Of a DNA stretch of 64,000 bases, positions 18,924 through 30,500 are shown one piece after another; the stretch's first letter is position 1; every line of letters starts with the position of its first letter. Below the pieces are notes generated by a model that saw nothing but the letters and a program-made list of their open reading frames with translations, was not told the DNA's origin and searched no databases. Source of the stretch: a virus. The stretch is taken from positions 24,935-88,934 of IMG/VR virus record IMGVR_UViG_3300041809_000801; one strand, written 5' to 3'. Position numbers and translations under genes: made by a program.

Positions 18924-21115
18924 TCTGTCTCGTAGTACGTCGTCGTTGTGTAAGAGCAGGTCAACCCGCCCACTTCATTTGTTGCGGTATATCCCAGCGT
19001 CCCGTTGTAGTCGGAGTATCCGCCTTGACCATCGCTGGTGCTCTCAGGAATAATGTTGCTTGCTATGGCGGTGATGGAATAGGTCTGCAAATACCCCGAC
19101 TGACCGCCGACTGTGGCGGGAGTGGATGAGGTTGGAGTCGAACTAGTTCCTATATCCTGAGTGTAGTTACTGCTGCTGGTATCCCCAAAGTCATCACTGT
19201 AGTTCAAGGTTATGTTGGCAGAAAAATCTACCGACAGCGGATCGTTGCCCCCCGGCGTGAAAACTTGAGCCGTGATCGTAACAGGGGTTGAACTTGTCCA
19301 GAATGATGGGTTCACTGTGAAGTTGTACGGCACAGGAGCAACATACGTCACACCAGTTGCTGTGATAGTCCCGACGTTGCCGTTAATGTAGGTCACCGTG
19401 CCGGTTGTGAACGCATTGCCGCTCAAATATGTGAGCGTACCTGAGACCATAAGGCTGACCGTCAAGGTCTGATTTGTGGTTGATATGGGGGCGACGAATG
19501 GAACATTCCATCCTGTGAGCCAACCATTAGAATCCAAATTGGGAACAGGTGTGCCGGTCGAAGTCGCTCCCGCAATTGCACAAGAGCAATTGACCGTGTT
19601 CCCTGTTCCAAACGCGCCCTGCTGCTGTGGAGAGAACGCCTTATTCAAAGAGATGACCAGTGTGTTATTACCACCATTCGCTGTGGTTGTAGATGGCGAT
19701 ACAGCAGCGACCGCTGGCATGTTCATGTAATCCACTTCGAAATTGAACGTGTTTCCACCTGTTGAACCCGAGGGCACAAAGAGGTCAAAAGAGTTGTTGG
19801 CGCTATTGAACCAAGAAACATCGTCCGCCGTGACTATCAAACTAGTGGAGAGCACACGAGATGTACTAATGGGGTTGGCGGTATACCCATTGTAGTTTAG
19901 AGTAAAGTTTGTGCCATCATACCCGACCGAAAGCAGCCCTAAGTAAGCTGTATTATCGGATGAGGAAAGTTGAAACCCTGCTGGGAAATACGCCGTCTTG
20001 CTAACAGGTTGTCCATTGTATGTCTGGAACGTGTACGTGTTAGAACTGGCACTGTTGTACAAATACAAGGTGCCTGTCGTCCCTTCGAGAATGGGGCAGT
20101 AGGACTTCGAAGTGTACACAATGCCGGAGACATTGACCGTCAACGTAATTGGATTGCCGGTCAACTGAAGATTGGTCGGGCCTCCAGCCGGGGTAATCGT
20201 CAGATTTCCAGTGGGTGTGCTTGCTGCCGGTGCTGAAATCAAAATAACTGGGTCGAGTTCGCCAGAACCAGATTGGATGTGCAGCACACGTCCACTGTGA
20301 TACCAGTAATCCCAGTCAGCCTCAATTGGATACACTCCGGGTTGAGGGAACGTCACTGAGACTGAACTGGTACCGATGTAGCCACCCGAGCCGCTTGTTA
20401 AAGGAGGAGCAGGAAGCAGTGGGTACCCATTAACGACAGTCATGGTTTGGTGCGAACCACCCAAGACTGAACCCTTCCCTGACCATGTTGGGAGTCCGCC
20501 TGTGGCTGAAGCACCCAAGCCCCATATTGAACTATCCTTGTAGGTATGGGTCAGGGTGTAAGCACCGGCTGCGGGTACCAAAATGTAACCAGTGATGCAA
20601 ACGTTGAAATTCTGAGTATAGGGAGGGAAGCTAACATAACTGGCTACAGTTCCTGTTGCAGTCAGAGTAGCCCAGTTCGGGTCGCTCCCGTTTCCCACGC
20701 CGCTTACGAAGGCGTCAAAGGCCAGAGAATTGTTTGTTCCTGTGGCGGTCGCTGTGCTGATATAGCGAACTGTAGCCCCGTAGCCGATGGCTGTTGAGTC
20801 ACTCGGATTACACCAAATATACGAAGCAACTGGACCACTCGTAGGAGAGTCACCCCAAGCGGCGGCATTCACGATGCTTCCAACTTGAATGAACCCATTC
20901 GTTGTTTGCCAGTTGACCTGCGCTACAGGCGTCGTGTAGTGCGTCCCGGCAATGGTTGCAGCCCCCGTGAGGTTATCCGTACCACCATTCGCCCCCGTGT
21001 AGGAGAACGTTGCTGACCCAGCACCTGTGGTTGTATCAACAGGCACCGAAACAGAAATGGTTTGAGGGTTTGCTCCCCCTACTGTGACTGTAATTGTTTC
21101 GTATTGAGTTGCCAT
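18920..21115 (-). CDS. Ig-like/PA14-like beta-sandwich virion adhesin
   Basis: T/G/S-rich; ITGYILVPAAGAYTL..KDSS..GVYPIEADW resembles PA14. Confidence 0.6.
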   Translation of the reverse strand: MATQYETITVTVGGANPQTISVSVPVDTTTGAGSATFSYTGANGGTDNLTGAATIAGTHYTTPVAQVNWQTTNGFIQVGSIVNAAAWGDSPTSGPVASYIWCNPSDSTAIGYGATVRYISTATATGTNNSLAFDAFVSGVGNGSDPNWATLTATGTVASYVSFPPYTQNFNVCITGYILVPAAGAYTLTHTYKDSSIWGLGASATGGLPTWSGKGSVLGGSHQTMTVVNGYPLLPAPPLTSGSGGYIGTSSVSVTFPQPGVYPIEADWDYWYHSGRVLHIQSGSGELDPVILISAPAASTPTGNLTITPAGGPTNLQLTGNPITLTVNVSGIVYTSKSYCPILEGTTGTLYLYNSASSNTYTFQTYNGQPVSKTAYFPAGFQLSSSDNTAYLGLLSVGYDGTNFTLNYNGYTANPISTSRVLSTSLIVTADDVSWFNSANNSFDLFVPSGSTGGNTFNFEVDYMNMPAVAAVSPSTTTANGGNNTLVISLNKAFSPQQQGAFGTGNTVNCSCAIAGATSTGTPVPNLDSNGWLTGWNVPFVAPISTTNQTLTVSLMVSGTLTYLSGNAFTTGTVTYINGNVGTITATGVTYVAPVPYNFTVNPSFWTSSTPVTITAQVFTPGGNDPLSVDFSANITLNYSDDFGDTSSSNYTQDIGTSSTPTSSTPATVGGQSGYLQTYSITAIASNIIPESTSDGQGGYSDYNGTLGYTATNEVGGLTCSYTTTTYYETD

Positions 21116-21126
21116 TTTTAGACCTC

Positions 21127-24100
21127 TTAAGCCTCAGTAAATTGCGTCGGGAATGCGTTGCTGGCCGCGATTCGAAGAACCCCGTCGTTATAAACCAACC
21201 ACTTAAAGGTTCCAGTAGCCGTTACACCTGAATCCGTTACCGAAATTCCAAATGTGTTATCTCCAGCGGTTCCTGAAGAAAACGGACCAGTGACAGCGAT
21301 GTAAGCAACGCCACCGCTCAACGATGTAACCGCAGCGGTAAACCCGGAGTTGCTAATCACAATCCCACTTTGCAGAGTGGTGGGACTTGTTGTAATCACC
21401 CCAGTCGCTACCACATAGAATGAGTAATTAGGACGCGGGTTAATGGATGAAACACTGCCTGTGTCAATGTACCCGAGGTAGTTGGTTGAAAGGCTATCTG
21501 TGTAATCAATGCCCGTGTACAGCTTAAGACCACTGATGACAGTAAGCGGGAGTATCTTATCAACATGCGACCCAATGTTATCGGTCACACGGAAAGTGAT
21601 AGGAAGCGCACTAACAACCTGACTAGTTGTACCGGAAATTATTCCAGTTCCCGAAGCCAAACTCAACCCGGATGGAAGCGGGTTAGCTGACGCCGGGGAG
21701 ATTGACCACGTATATGGTGTGGCTCCTCCAGTTGCTGCCAATGCTGTGGTGTACGCAATTCCTGCCGTGCCCTGAGGCAGAGAGACAGTTGAGATTTGCA
21801 AAGTAGACGCTGAAATAACAAGACTCAATATCGCTTGAGCCGTATCAGCGGGGGTCAAACTATCCGTAACTTGGAAAGTCACATTGCTATTGAACGCCGA
21901 ACTGACAGTGCCAGACAAAGTGGCGCTCGTCGTCGGGCTATTGGGGGTGAGTGTGAGCCCGGAGGGCAACCCAACCGAAGACCACGCGAACGGAGTGTTA
22001 TATCCCGTGGCAGTCAATGTTGTAGTGTAGAACACCGATACAACCCCTTGCGGCAGCGAGGTTGTAGTTATGGCAAGACTGGAATCGGTGCTTAACGAAA
22101 GCGTAGCTGACGCCGGGTTTCCGATAGAGTCTGTTGCATCTACAATCACAGCATAATCAGTCAACACACCAGTGTATGACCCCGAGATTGTAGCGGTGGC
22201 TCCCTGATTACCCGAGTTCGCCTGTAGAATGAGACCCGTAGGAAGTGGGTTCGGGCTGGCGGGATCGACCTGCCATGAAACAGGAAGGTTCGGGACGCCA
22301 ACAACCGTGCCAAGGGCTTTCAACGTTCCTTGGTAAGGAGCGCCACGGTCGATGGGACCAACACCGGAGTCATCAATGTACATGCCACCCTGTGCTCCTG
22401 TCTGAAGCGTAAATACTCTTGGGAATGTGCCCCCAAGGTGGTCAGTGACTGTGACTGTAATCAGTGTGGGGATAATGATGCTGGATGTAGTGCCTGATAG
22501 CACACCTGTGGAAGCATTGAGTGAAATTCCGCTGAGGGGCAATTGAGGACACGACCAAGTATAGGGGAGAGTGCCTCCGACCGCTTGAATGGTGAAAGAG
22601 TAGGCGGTGCCCACCTGAATCGTCGGCAGTGTTGTTGTTGTGATAGTCACAGAATTGATTACTGTGAATGGAATGGCTGCTGATGCCGTAACTCCCCGTG
22701 AATCTGTAACTGTGAAGTTCAGAGTGGTGGTGCCGATTGTTGTCGGCGTGCCTGACAAAGCACCCGTACTGGTATTGAAAGACATACCTGAGGGGGTTGA
22801 TGCCAAAGACCAAGTGTACGGTTGAGCCGGTGGCGAGAATGGTATGCCGCCAAACCCCTGAAGCTGGAAGCCACCTACAACACCATTGTAGATTTCTCCT
22901 ACAACCCCTGTTGGCAGAGATGAGGTCAAAACGACAAGTGGGTTGATGTAGTCAATAAAGAGACGATGATACAAGAACGCCGTCTGGTTGCTTGAGTTAG
23001 TGAGGGTGAACCAGATGTCAAAGTACCCCGCTTCAAGTGGTGTACCAACGATAGAGACATAAGCACCCGACCCAGCAACTTGCGTTGAAAGACCGACAGG
23101 AAGACGACCGCGATAGATACCACACCCGGTGATAGTAGCTGACGATGAGATGGTACTCGTACCTGCGACAATGGTAGTCTGCACTTGTCCATCAAGAATG
23201 TTGTCATTAACCTGAAATGCACTAGCCTGTGTATCCCATGTGATTGTAACTGTCCCTTGAATTACATTGTTCACATCAACGTATTCGATGACGCTCTGAG
23301 TCAATGCGGTTGAAATGAGCGTGCCATAAATCAACATGGTGTTGACATCAAAAGAGAGTCCGGGTGGCAGCGATGACCCAACTTGAACACGAGCAGTAAG
23401 CCCGGTCAAATTCACGGTTGGAGAGTTGAACCATGGCTTCAATGGATTCAAACCAACGAAACTACCCACAATGTATGGGCGAGTGAAACACTGCGTCGTG
23501 CCGATGTTGGTTGTTCCGTTGTGTGACAACAAAGTGTACTCGCGGGTGATGGTAGCAACCTGCGTGCTGCCCTGAAGAATTGGAAGTTGAATTGGCTGTT
23601 GAATATTTGAAAATGAAGTCGGTGGTCCGCTCACGGCCACAGTCGGCGGAGTTGAACCGTTGATATTCAAAACCAGACCATCGCTCAACGTTACAGTGCT
23701 CGATTGAATCGAGAACCCAGCCAAATTCCCAATGACGTTGTGAGTCACAGTTGTGCTATCACTCGAACCCCAAAAATTGTCGAAGAACGCCTCTTCAATG
23801 TAAACGGCGCTGACTGGTTCCTTGACACGATACTGAACTGGTCCAGATGCAACGGCTGGGGTGGGGCTGCTATCGAGTGCTGTGACGTTGAATGAAACCA
23901 AGTTGCCAACATTTTGAGTTGTGGGAATGACAAGATATTCAATCTGACCATTCACAAGACTGACACCCGAACTTGTGGGGGCACTCAACGAGTACGGGTA
24001 GTGACCGCCGTAGATTGGAACTGCCAGTTTGAACTGTTCACTTGCGGAGACGGTAAGCTGGTCGATTGGCCCAAGCGAAAAGACAGCGGGAGCAAGTTCG

Positions 24101-27100
24101 AGAGTAAAATTCTGCGAAGCTTTTGCATTGATAGCATCCGTTACTTGCACAACAAACGTGTAGGTTTCGGTGTAATCCGAGTTGGGGAATTCTGAGGTAT
24201 AAGTACAGGGAACCCCGCCCAAAATCCCTGAGACTGGATTGATGGTCATGCCAATAGGAAGCTGACCGGCGACGACTGCCCAAGTATATGGAGCCAGACC
24301 GCCAGTGTTTGTAATCTGTGTGGAGTTGCCCGGATACGGCACACCCACAACTGCGTCAGGCAGGGGAAGAGAAACAATCTGCAAGTCAGTCGGAATTGTG
24401 AAAGTCAGGATGGTCTCTGCAATGTAAGCGGGGCTGCTGCTGTCCATACAGGCGAAGTTCACCGTGTACGCACCTAGTGCGGTCGGCGTACCACTGATAG
24501 TGCCATCCACATTCATCTTTAAACCGGGCGGTAGCCCCGTGGAGAACCAACTATACTGAAGCGTTCCGCCTGTTGCTTGCATCTTGAATTCTGTCATCGG
24601 CTTGCCAACGTAGGAGTTCGACGGCAGCGTAACTGTAGTAATCGTCACAGGAACGGAGGACGTTGCTGAGTTCGTTTCAAGAATGTAAATAGGTTCGATA
24701 AGTTCCTTGGCATGTGGACGGCCCATCATCGGAAACACATCAATCGCCATAGTGTTGAGTAACGAACTGGCGTTGGAGAACCGAGAGGTTGCTACCATCA
24801 GTTTGAGTTCATTTGTGACCGTATCACGAGCGACAGAACGAACGACCACTTCATACGGCTGCGGAGTAACGGCGGTGGTGGAGGCATCCACAATTTCGAA
24901 CATGACATTACCACCGATGCCAAGTGTCCCAGTCAATGCTCCCTCTGTGGCTGCGCCGGGGTTGTATTGTTGGTCAAGCACGTAAATCTGCTGCGTGAAT
25001 TGACGGCGGAGTTTTACAGGCGGGTTGGCCGTTCCAAAATCATTCTGAGTCTGAACAATGACATTCTGAGCCCCCGGTGTATTGAACGACTTCGCTACTG
25101 AACGGCTACTGAGAGGCAACCATCCAGTTGAAGTGTTGTCAGGGAACAAAATCTGCCATGCTCCAGCCACATCATAGTTTGCATTCAATGTGATAGTCAG
25201 CGTCTGACCGAGCAACAGATTTGTGTTGTCGAAGGTCACATTCGCCGCTTGCAAAGAAGCTGGAAATACGTGACTGAAATCCCATGGAGCGGAATTGAGA
25301 GCTACTGAGCTATTGGAAGACAACGCCGTCATATTCATGGTGTAATCGCCAGTAGCCAATTCCTCTTCGAACACACGAGCAGAAGCAGTTCCGCCATTCT
25401 CTAAACCGTCCGTGAACACCGTAACTGGAGTTCCAATGCCCGGTGGTGTTTGAAGAACAATGTTCCATCCCAAATAGGCTGTATACACGCCATTCACTGT
25501 GTAAGGTTGCCAGTTCGCCGTCAGGTTGTAGTTTTCATCAATGACAGCGATAGTGGGCGCTGGTAGAAGAGGACTTGCCTGAGCGATGGAACTGGAGATA
25601 ACAACCAGCGGTATCGAATAGGACGTACCGTAGTAGTTGTTGCCATACACTCCATACACATTGGAGCCCACCTGTTGCACAGTTGCTGAGTTGTTACCAG
25701 TTACTGTGGTCACGGGAGTGACAGAGGGTTCTTGTGCGAGGTAAAGGTTTGTAGCCGTTCCCGATGTCGCCCAAGAAACAGTAAACGTGGTGTTGTCTTG
25801 AACCGAGTTGACAGAAGTCGTTGGGTTTGTAATTTCCAACTGGGTGCCAACAGCAGTCACAGTCATGGTAACAATCTGACTGTAGCTGCGCTGAAAACCT
25901 GCGGCTATAGAAGCAACGACAAACTTGTATGTGCCGGGTGTTAGCGCGTTGCCAGCAATCTGATTCGAACTATTGATGTACAACCCATCCGGGGCTCCAC
26001 TGATAACGCCCGGACCAAACTCTGAGCCCCCAATCAACTCGAAAGTTGCGCTTGGAACTACAGCACTCGTCAGGAAGTTGGTCGCTGACAACTGAATTGG
26101 GGTAATGTTTGTGCCTGTGGACGTATTGAGAGTGGGAAGTACACCACCCACAACCAAGGGAGTGTTCCCCAAGCATTCGAACAAAACCTGAGCATACCCC
26201 TGTCGAGTTGGGGAACTAGCTGAGTTCGCGACATCAATCTCCAATACCCACTTGTTACCAATTGCAACACCGGCGGGAAATTGGAAAGAAACTGTAGTGG
26301 TTGGTGCGCCTGAGTTAATCACCAATCCCGTGTTTGTAATTAAAGGGGAGGGGAGGGCTGACTCAATCGGAGACTGATTCTGTGTAGTCAGTGTGATGTA
26401 GAGAGTCTCCGAAACGTTGAATCCATCAGGAGAAGAGAGTGTGATAGTGAGAGTCTGACCAAAATACCCCACCACTTTATCTGGCGTGGAGCCAACAGGG
26501 GGAGCAATACCAACTTTAATGGCCGGTGTCCCCAACCAGCTACCGCCACCACTAGGGCCTAATGAATTGAAGTCAATGATCTTAAGTCCACTCGCAACTG
26601 GAAGAGAATTGCTATCCAGAATCTGAAGACTTACAGAACCGGATGTGGTCGGGGCAGAGATGGTATATGTCGCAAATGTGCTGGTAAGTGTACCGCCACT
26701 ATTAAGTGTAAGAGGACTTGTCCACTGATATTGAAGTGGAAGAGCAACTGGAGAGCCTCCCGACTGTAAAAGACCAAGAAGCACATCAACTTCAGCATCT
26801 ACCTCAAGAAGACCAGAGGTTGTATTGAAGTATGCTCCAAGACCAAAATCTAAAGTACCGGCCTTTTGCGTCTGAGAACTAATGATGAGATTGAGTTGAT
26901 AAGCCCGGTCGGGCTCATCATACATAGAGCCGGGTTGGTATGCTTGAATCGTAAGGGGGACTGTAACCGGCGACGTGGTGTAGATTTGCAAACCACCTAT
27001 AAGGTCAATAGTTTCTAACGGAGCGTTTCCAAAATGCGGCTCCGACACACGAAGTACCAATTGGCTTTCGTTTGAAGTGACGAAGTTCAACCCTGTGGGA

Positions 27101-27579
27101 AGACTTGATGGAAGAATAAAATTGCAACCAGTTGTTTGCTGTACCCCATTCAGTCCATAACCGAAGATTTGAATGTCACTGACTGTGCTGTCATAAGAGG
27201 GAATGGTCAGCGTCGTCAATCCACTTGCAGTGGCAATTGAGAATGGTGTTCTGACTTCCATGAAAATCGGGAAAGAGACAGCGGGGTTAATACCATCGGT
27301 GCAGGACACAAAAAATTCATAAGGATTCGACTGATACTGCGCCCCCGCAAAAGACAAAGTGCAGATGGTACCTGCGGAGTTAACCGTGGAAGTGACCCAC
27401 GAGGGCGCTGCGGGGCTCAACGTCCATGTGGCTGTCCCTTCGAGGCCGGTTACACTCAAGGTTCCGAGTGTGGCTGATCCAAGCGATGCAACACGGACAG
27501 CCAGCCCATTGTTGCTCGATGCTAGAGGGAGAACCAAATTGACTTGCGTTGCGAAATTTGCTGTTAGTGTGAGACTCAT
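21127..27579 (-). CDS. Giant putative-Ig (He_PIG-like) repeat fibre/adhesin
   Basis: 2150 aa; many LPxG-x-Y...ATGGxxPYTWS..LPxGLxL..TGxISGT..F.VTD repeats. Confidence 0.85.
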   Translation of the reverse strand: MSLTLTANFATQVNLVLPLASSNNGLAVRVASLGSATLGTLSVTGLEGTATWTLSPAAPSWVTSTVNSAGTICTLSFAGAQYQSNPYEFFVSCTDGINPAVSFPIFMEVRTPFSIATASGLTTLTIPSYDSTVSDIQIFGYGLNGVQQTTGCNFILPSSLPTGLNFVTSNESQLVLRVSEPHFGNAPLETIDLIGGLQIYTTSPVTVPLTIQAYQPGSMYDEPDRAYQLNLIISSQTQKAGTLDFGLGAYFNTTSGLLEVDAEVDVLLGLLQSGGSPVALPLQYQWTSPLTLNSGGTLTSTFATYTISAPTTSGSVSLQILDSNSLPVASGLKIIDFNSLGPSGGGSWLGTPAIKVGIAPPVGSTPDKVVGYFGQTLTITLSSPDGFNVSETLYITLTTQNQSPIESALPSPLITNTGLVINSGAPTTTVSFQFPAGVAIGNKWVLEIDVANSASSPTRQGYAQVLFECLGNTPLVVGGVLPTLNTSTGTNITPIQLSATNFLTSAVVPSATFELIGGSEFGPGVISGAPDGLYINSSNQIAGNALTPGTYKFVVASIAAGFQRSYSQIVTMTVTAVGTQLEITNPTTSVNSVQDNTTFTVSWATSGTATNLYLAQEPSVTPVTTVTGNNSATVQQVGSNVYGVYGNNYYGTSYSIPLVVISSSIAQASPLLPAPTIAVIDENYNLTANWQPYTVNGVYTAYLGWNIVLQTPPGIGTPVTVFTDGLENGGTASARVFEEELATGDYTMNMTALSSNSSVALNSAPWDFSHVFPASLQAANVTFDNTNLLLGQTLTITLNANYDVAGAWQILFPDNTSTGWLPLSSRSVAKSFNTPGAQNVIVQTQNDFGTANPPVKLRRQFTQQIYVLDQQYNPGAATEGALTGTLGIGGNVMFEIVDASTTAVTPQPYEVVVRSVARDTVTNELKLMVATSRFSNASSLLNTMAIDVFPMMGRPHAKELIEPIYILETNSATSSVPVTITTVTLPSNSYVGKPMTEFKMQATGGTLQYSWFSTGLPPGLKMNVDGTISGTPTALGAYTVNFACMDSSSPAYIAETILTFTIPTDLQIVSLPLPDAVVGVPYPGNSTQITNTGGLAPYTWAVVAGQLPIGMTINPVSGILGGVPCTYTSEFPNSDYTETYTFVVQVTDAINAKASQNFTLELAPAVFSLGPIDQLTVSASEQFKLAVPIYGGHYPYSLSAPTSSGVSLVNGQIEYLVIPTTQNVGNLVSFNVTALDSSPTPAVASGPVQYRVKEPVSAVYIEEAFFDNFWGSSDSTTVTHNVIGNLAGFSIQSSTVTLSDGLVLNINGSTPPTVAVSGPPTSFSNIQQPIQLPILQGSTQVATITREYTLLSHNGTTNIGTTQCFTRPYIVGSFVGLNPLKPWFNSPTVNLTGLTARVQVGSSLPPGLSFDVNTMLIYGTLISTALTQSVIEYVDVNNVIQGTVTITWDTQASAFQVNDNILDGQVQTTIVAGTSTISSSATITGCGIYRGRLPVGLSTQVAGSGAYVSIVGTPLEAGYFDIWFTLTNSSNQTAFLYHRLFIDYINPLVVLTSSLPTGVVGEIYNGVVGGFQLQGFGGIPFSPPAQPYTWSLASTPSGMSFNTSTGALSGTPTTIGTTTLNFTVTDSRGVTASAAIPFTVINSVTITTTTLPTIQVGTAYSFTIQAVGGTLPYTWSCPQLPLSGISLNASTGVLSGTTSSIIIPTLITVTVTDHLGGTFPRVFTLQTGAQGGMYIDDSGVGPIDRGAPYQGTLKALGTVVGVPNLPVSWQVDPASPNPLPTGLILQANSGNQGATATISGSYTGVLTDYAVIVDATDSIGNPASATLSLSTDSSLAITTTSLPQGVVSVFYTTTLTATGYNTPFAWSSVGLPSGLTLTPNSPTTSATLSGTVSSAFNSNVTFQVTDSLTPADTAQAILSLVISASTLQISTVSLPQGTAGIAYTTALAATGGATPYTWSISPASANPLPSGLSLASGTGIISGTTSQVVSALPITFRVTDNIGSHVDKILPLTVISGLKLYTGIDYTDSLSTNYLGYIDTGSVSSINPRPNYSFYVVATGVITTSPTTLQSGIVISNSGFTAAVTSLSGGVAYIAVTGPFSSGTAGDNTFGISVTDSGVTATGTFKWLVYNDGVLRIAASNAFPTQFTEA

Positions 27580-27587
27580 TTTTTACC

Positions 27588-30500
27588 CTACGAAAGCAAA
27601 GTTACGGTGTTTGAAGATGAGTCGGCTGTAACTCCACCCAAGAATGGGTTGATAGTGACAGTACGAGCCAAGGTTGAATTCGCTGAAAGCACTGCGGCTC
27701 CATTAGTTTGAAAATCCGACGTAACAACCACGCTTGAGTTAAACTCCACCTGAGCGACCACAGTCGTATTCAAAACGTTTGTTTCCTCAAGATTGGTTGC
27801 AGAGTGTGCCTGAAGATTCAGGGTTGAATTCCGTTCACCAATGAAGAACTGACCGGGAATCGCTCCTACATCCACTGCTAGATTCATGTTTGAAGCTGTA
27901 ATCTCCGATGAACTAGCTACCATGCCGGTGCCGCCGTCTGGAAGAGTGATGCTGCCTCTATCGAAGATGGCGTTGCATCCCTGTGAGAATGCACCGGCCT
28001 GAAGATTATTCGTGAATATGCAATCCACAAAATCAACATCCGAGTCAATGGCGTAGATGGCTGGATTTGAAAACCCTTGGAACGTTATGTTGTTGAAAAT
28101 GACGCGGCTGTTGTCTATAAAGAAGGCTGAAGTCGGTCCATTGCCAAATCCTGTAAATCCGGTAGCGTCAATCACCACTGGATTTGTCGCCCCGGCGACC
28201 GCCGTGATGACCAGACGACCAGCTTCCTGAATTGTGAAGGCAAGGTTGCCCAACGCATAGTAAACCGCTGACCGAATATCCCCATCCCCCAAAGCAATCT
28301 CTTGTAGGGTGCTTTGAAGATTCGTAATCGAAAACGGCACATTTGTGTCCACAAGCTGAATCGAGCACGGGTCGCGAAGGACTGGCGGCAGAGCGTCCAG
28401 AGCCGCTGTAATCGTAGCCTTCGGTGTGTTCAAACTCAGACCATCGTTACTGTCGTTCCCGGCTGGTCCATTGTTGACATATAGAACAATGGGGGCTGTC
28501 GTGGCCTGAAGGTTCTGACCCAACACAGTGCGAGGAGCCGGAGGAGCAATAGCAAAACCAACGTGTGGTGTCGCCTGAGAAAAACCACGCCCCCCGCCAG
28601 CATTGATAAACTGAATCTCCTTACGAAAATCCTTATTCATTGGCGGGATGAAATCGTTAGTGTGAAGCGGCACTTCGAAAGTGTGCTCCACGTTGTTCTG
28701 TCGCATCGCCACATAGTTGGAATCAAACAAGGAAGCCAACGGGGTGTTTATCAGCGTAGCATCCGACCAATTCACCAAAGCCGGTAGCGTAGTCGCGATT
28801 GGAATTTCACGATTGTACGGGTACACATCCTCAAGACCAACGAGTGGTGCAGCCCCGGAGCCGTTTGTGGTAACCAAAGCGTTGTCGTCGTTGTGAATGA
28901 CTTCATAATTGCGACTCAGCACTCCTTCACCTTGGTAGGGGATGTAGCGTTCAACTATCGTCAAACTGGAGGTCGGTGTGAACGCAGGAAGAATCGAGCC
29001 GCAGAACATAAATTGGTTGAGGGGCTTGGCTGGTACTAACCCAGTGCCAAGGACATCGCCAATTACCGTAATTGTCGCCAAACCACTATTGAAATTCACA
29101 GTTGAACAAACTGTAGAGTTCAGATTTCCTGTAGAATCGAGTATCCAGATTAGCCGATTCGAATCGTTTCCAGAGATTCCTTTGATAATGGCGTTACTTG
29201 CTGCCACCACGATTGTGGTGAGGTTTGTGGTGGCGTTGTAACAAGTGGTGTCGTATTGGGAAGATGGTACCTCCACCACCACTCGACTATCCATAGGAAG
29301 AGTAGAGTCGGCGGTGTATGTGCCGAACAGCACTGTCTCTTCAACCTCAGTCACGCCTTTAACAGGAGCGTTGTATGCAAGCTGCGCCGTATCTTGAGCA
29401 AGGAAGGTCATAACAAGGGTCGATGTAGAAGGAACAAGTTGACTGAGAGTGATAACGCAGTTCGGTCCCTTTACCAACATGCCGGAGATTGTGTATGGAA
29501 CTCTGGTGGCCGCGTCTACGACGCTGATGGGATAAAGACCGTTGACTGTGGAATTCAAGTTGGTACGATTGACAATAAACACCATCGTAGTTCCGAGCGC
29601 CGTCCCAGTCGAACCCGGTACGAGAATTTCAATTCTTGTACCAAAAACAAGGTTGGAATATTCAGGATTGTATGCTGTGACGTTGTACGCCTGAACTGCC
29701 AGTGGGTTAGTAAAAATTTCGTACTCAGATACGCCGTACACTGGCAGGTTCTTGCCTGAAGTTGCATCCGAGACAATGCCTCCATCGACTGCAATAGGGG
29801 TCTTCTTCAAATCCGAGCCGGAGTTTGCAGGATACTGAACGCCGAGGGTGCAGTACATTTTGTTGCTGCCGGGATCAAATGGTGTGCCCTGCAAGTTCTT
29901 GATAAGAGTCAAAGTCACCGACTTGGTACCAACTCCGTTGACTTGAAATTGCCCATCTGTCGCAGGGTAGATTGCTACAGGCATGTTGATGGGGGTCTTT
30001 GCAATGATGCCTGAGTTAAAACTCTGTACCGTGACAGATTGAATCGTTGCATTTGATGAAGTCGGGAGCGTAAAGGTGAAAGCATCTCCCTGCATCCACG
30101 GGCCACTTTGAGCACTGGAAGAAAACCAAGCGGTCTTCATGCTAGTTGTAACCTGCTTGGTCACGTAAAAAGTGCGAAGGTCGGAACTGAATCCGTTCGC
30201 AAAACCATCCCAACCACCAGAAAGAGTATTTGTGTTGGGGACGGCTGTTGGAGCCACTGAAATGTAGTAATCCAATGCCGAGCCGAGCCCTTCCGTTTTG
30301 AGACCGTAACCATCACCACGACCGATTGCGATTCGACCATGACCTGTAATTAAGTCCACAAACCCTTCCCGCATAATCTTGTCCAAGTCCCATGCATCGA
30401 GAGTCACCGTTTGACGAGTATCTACCACGTCGTCCGGGAAAATCTGGTCAGCCAATCTCCCATCAAACCGACCTGAAACGCCAGAAGCCCCCGGCGTGGT

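Noticed and set aside
5147-27579. Assigning a specific host phylum from Dps, Thivi_2564 and Ig-repeat style
   Set aside because: Suggestive of a soil bacterium but not determinable without a database search.
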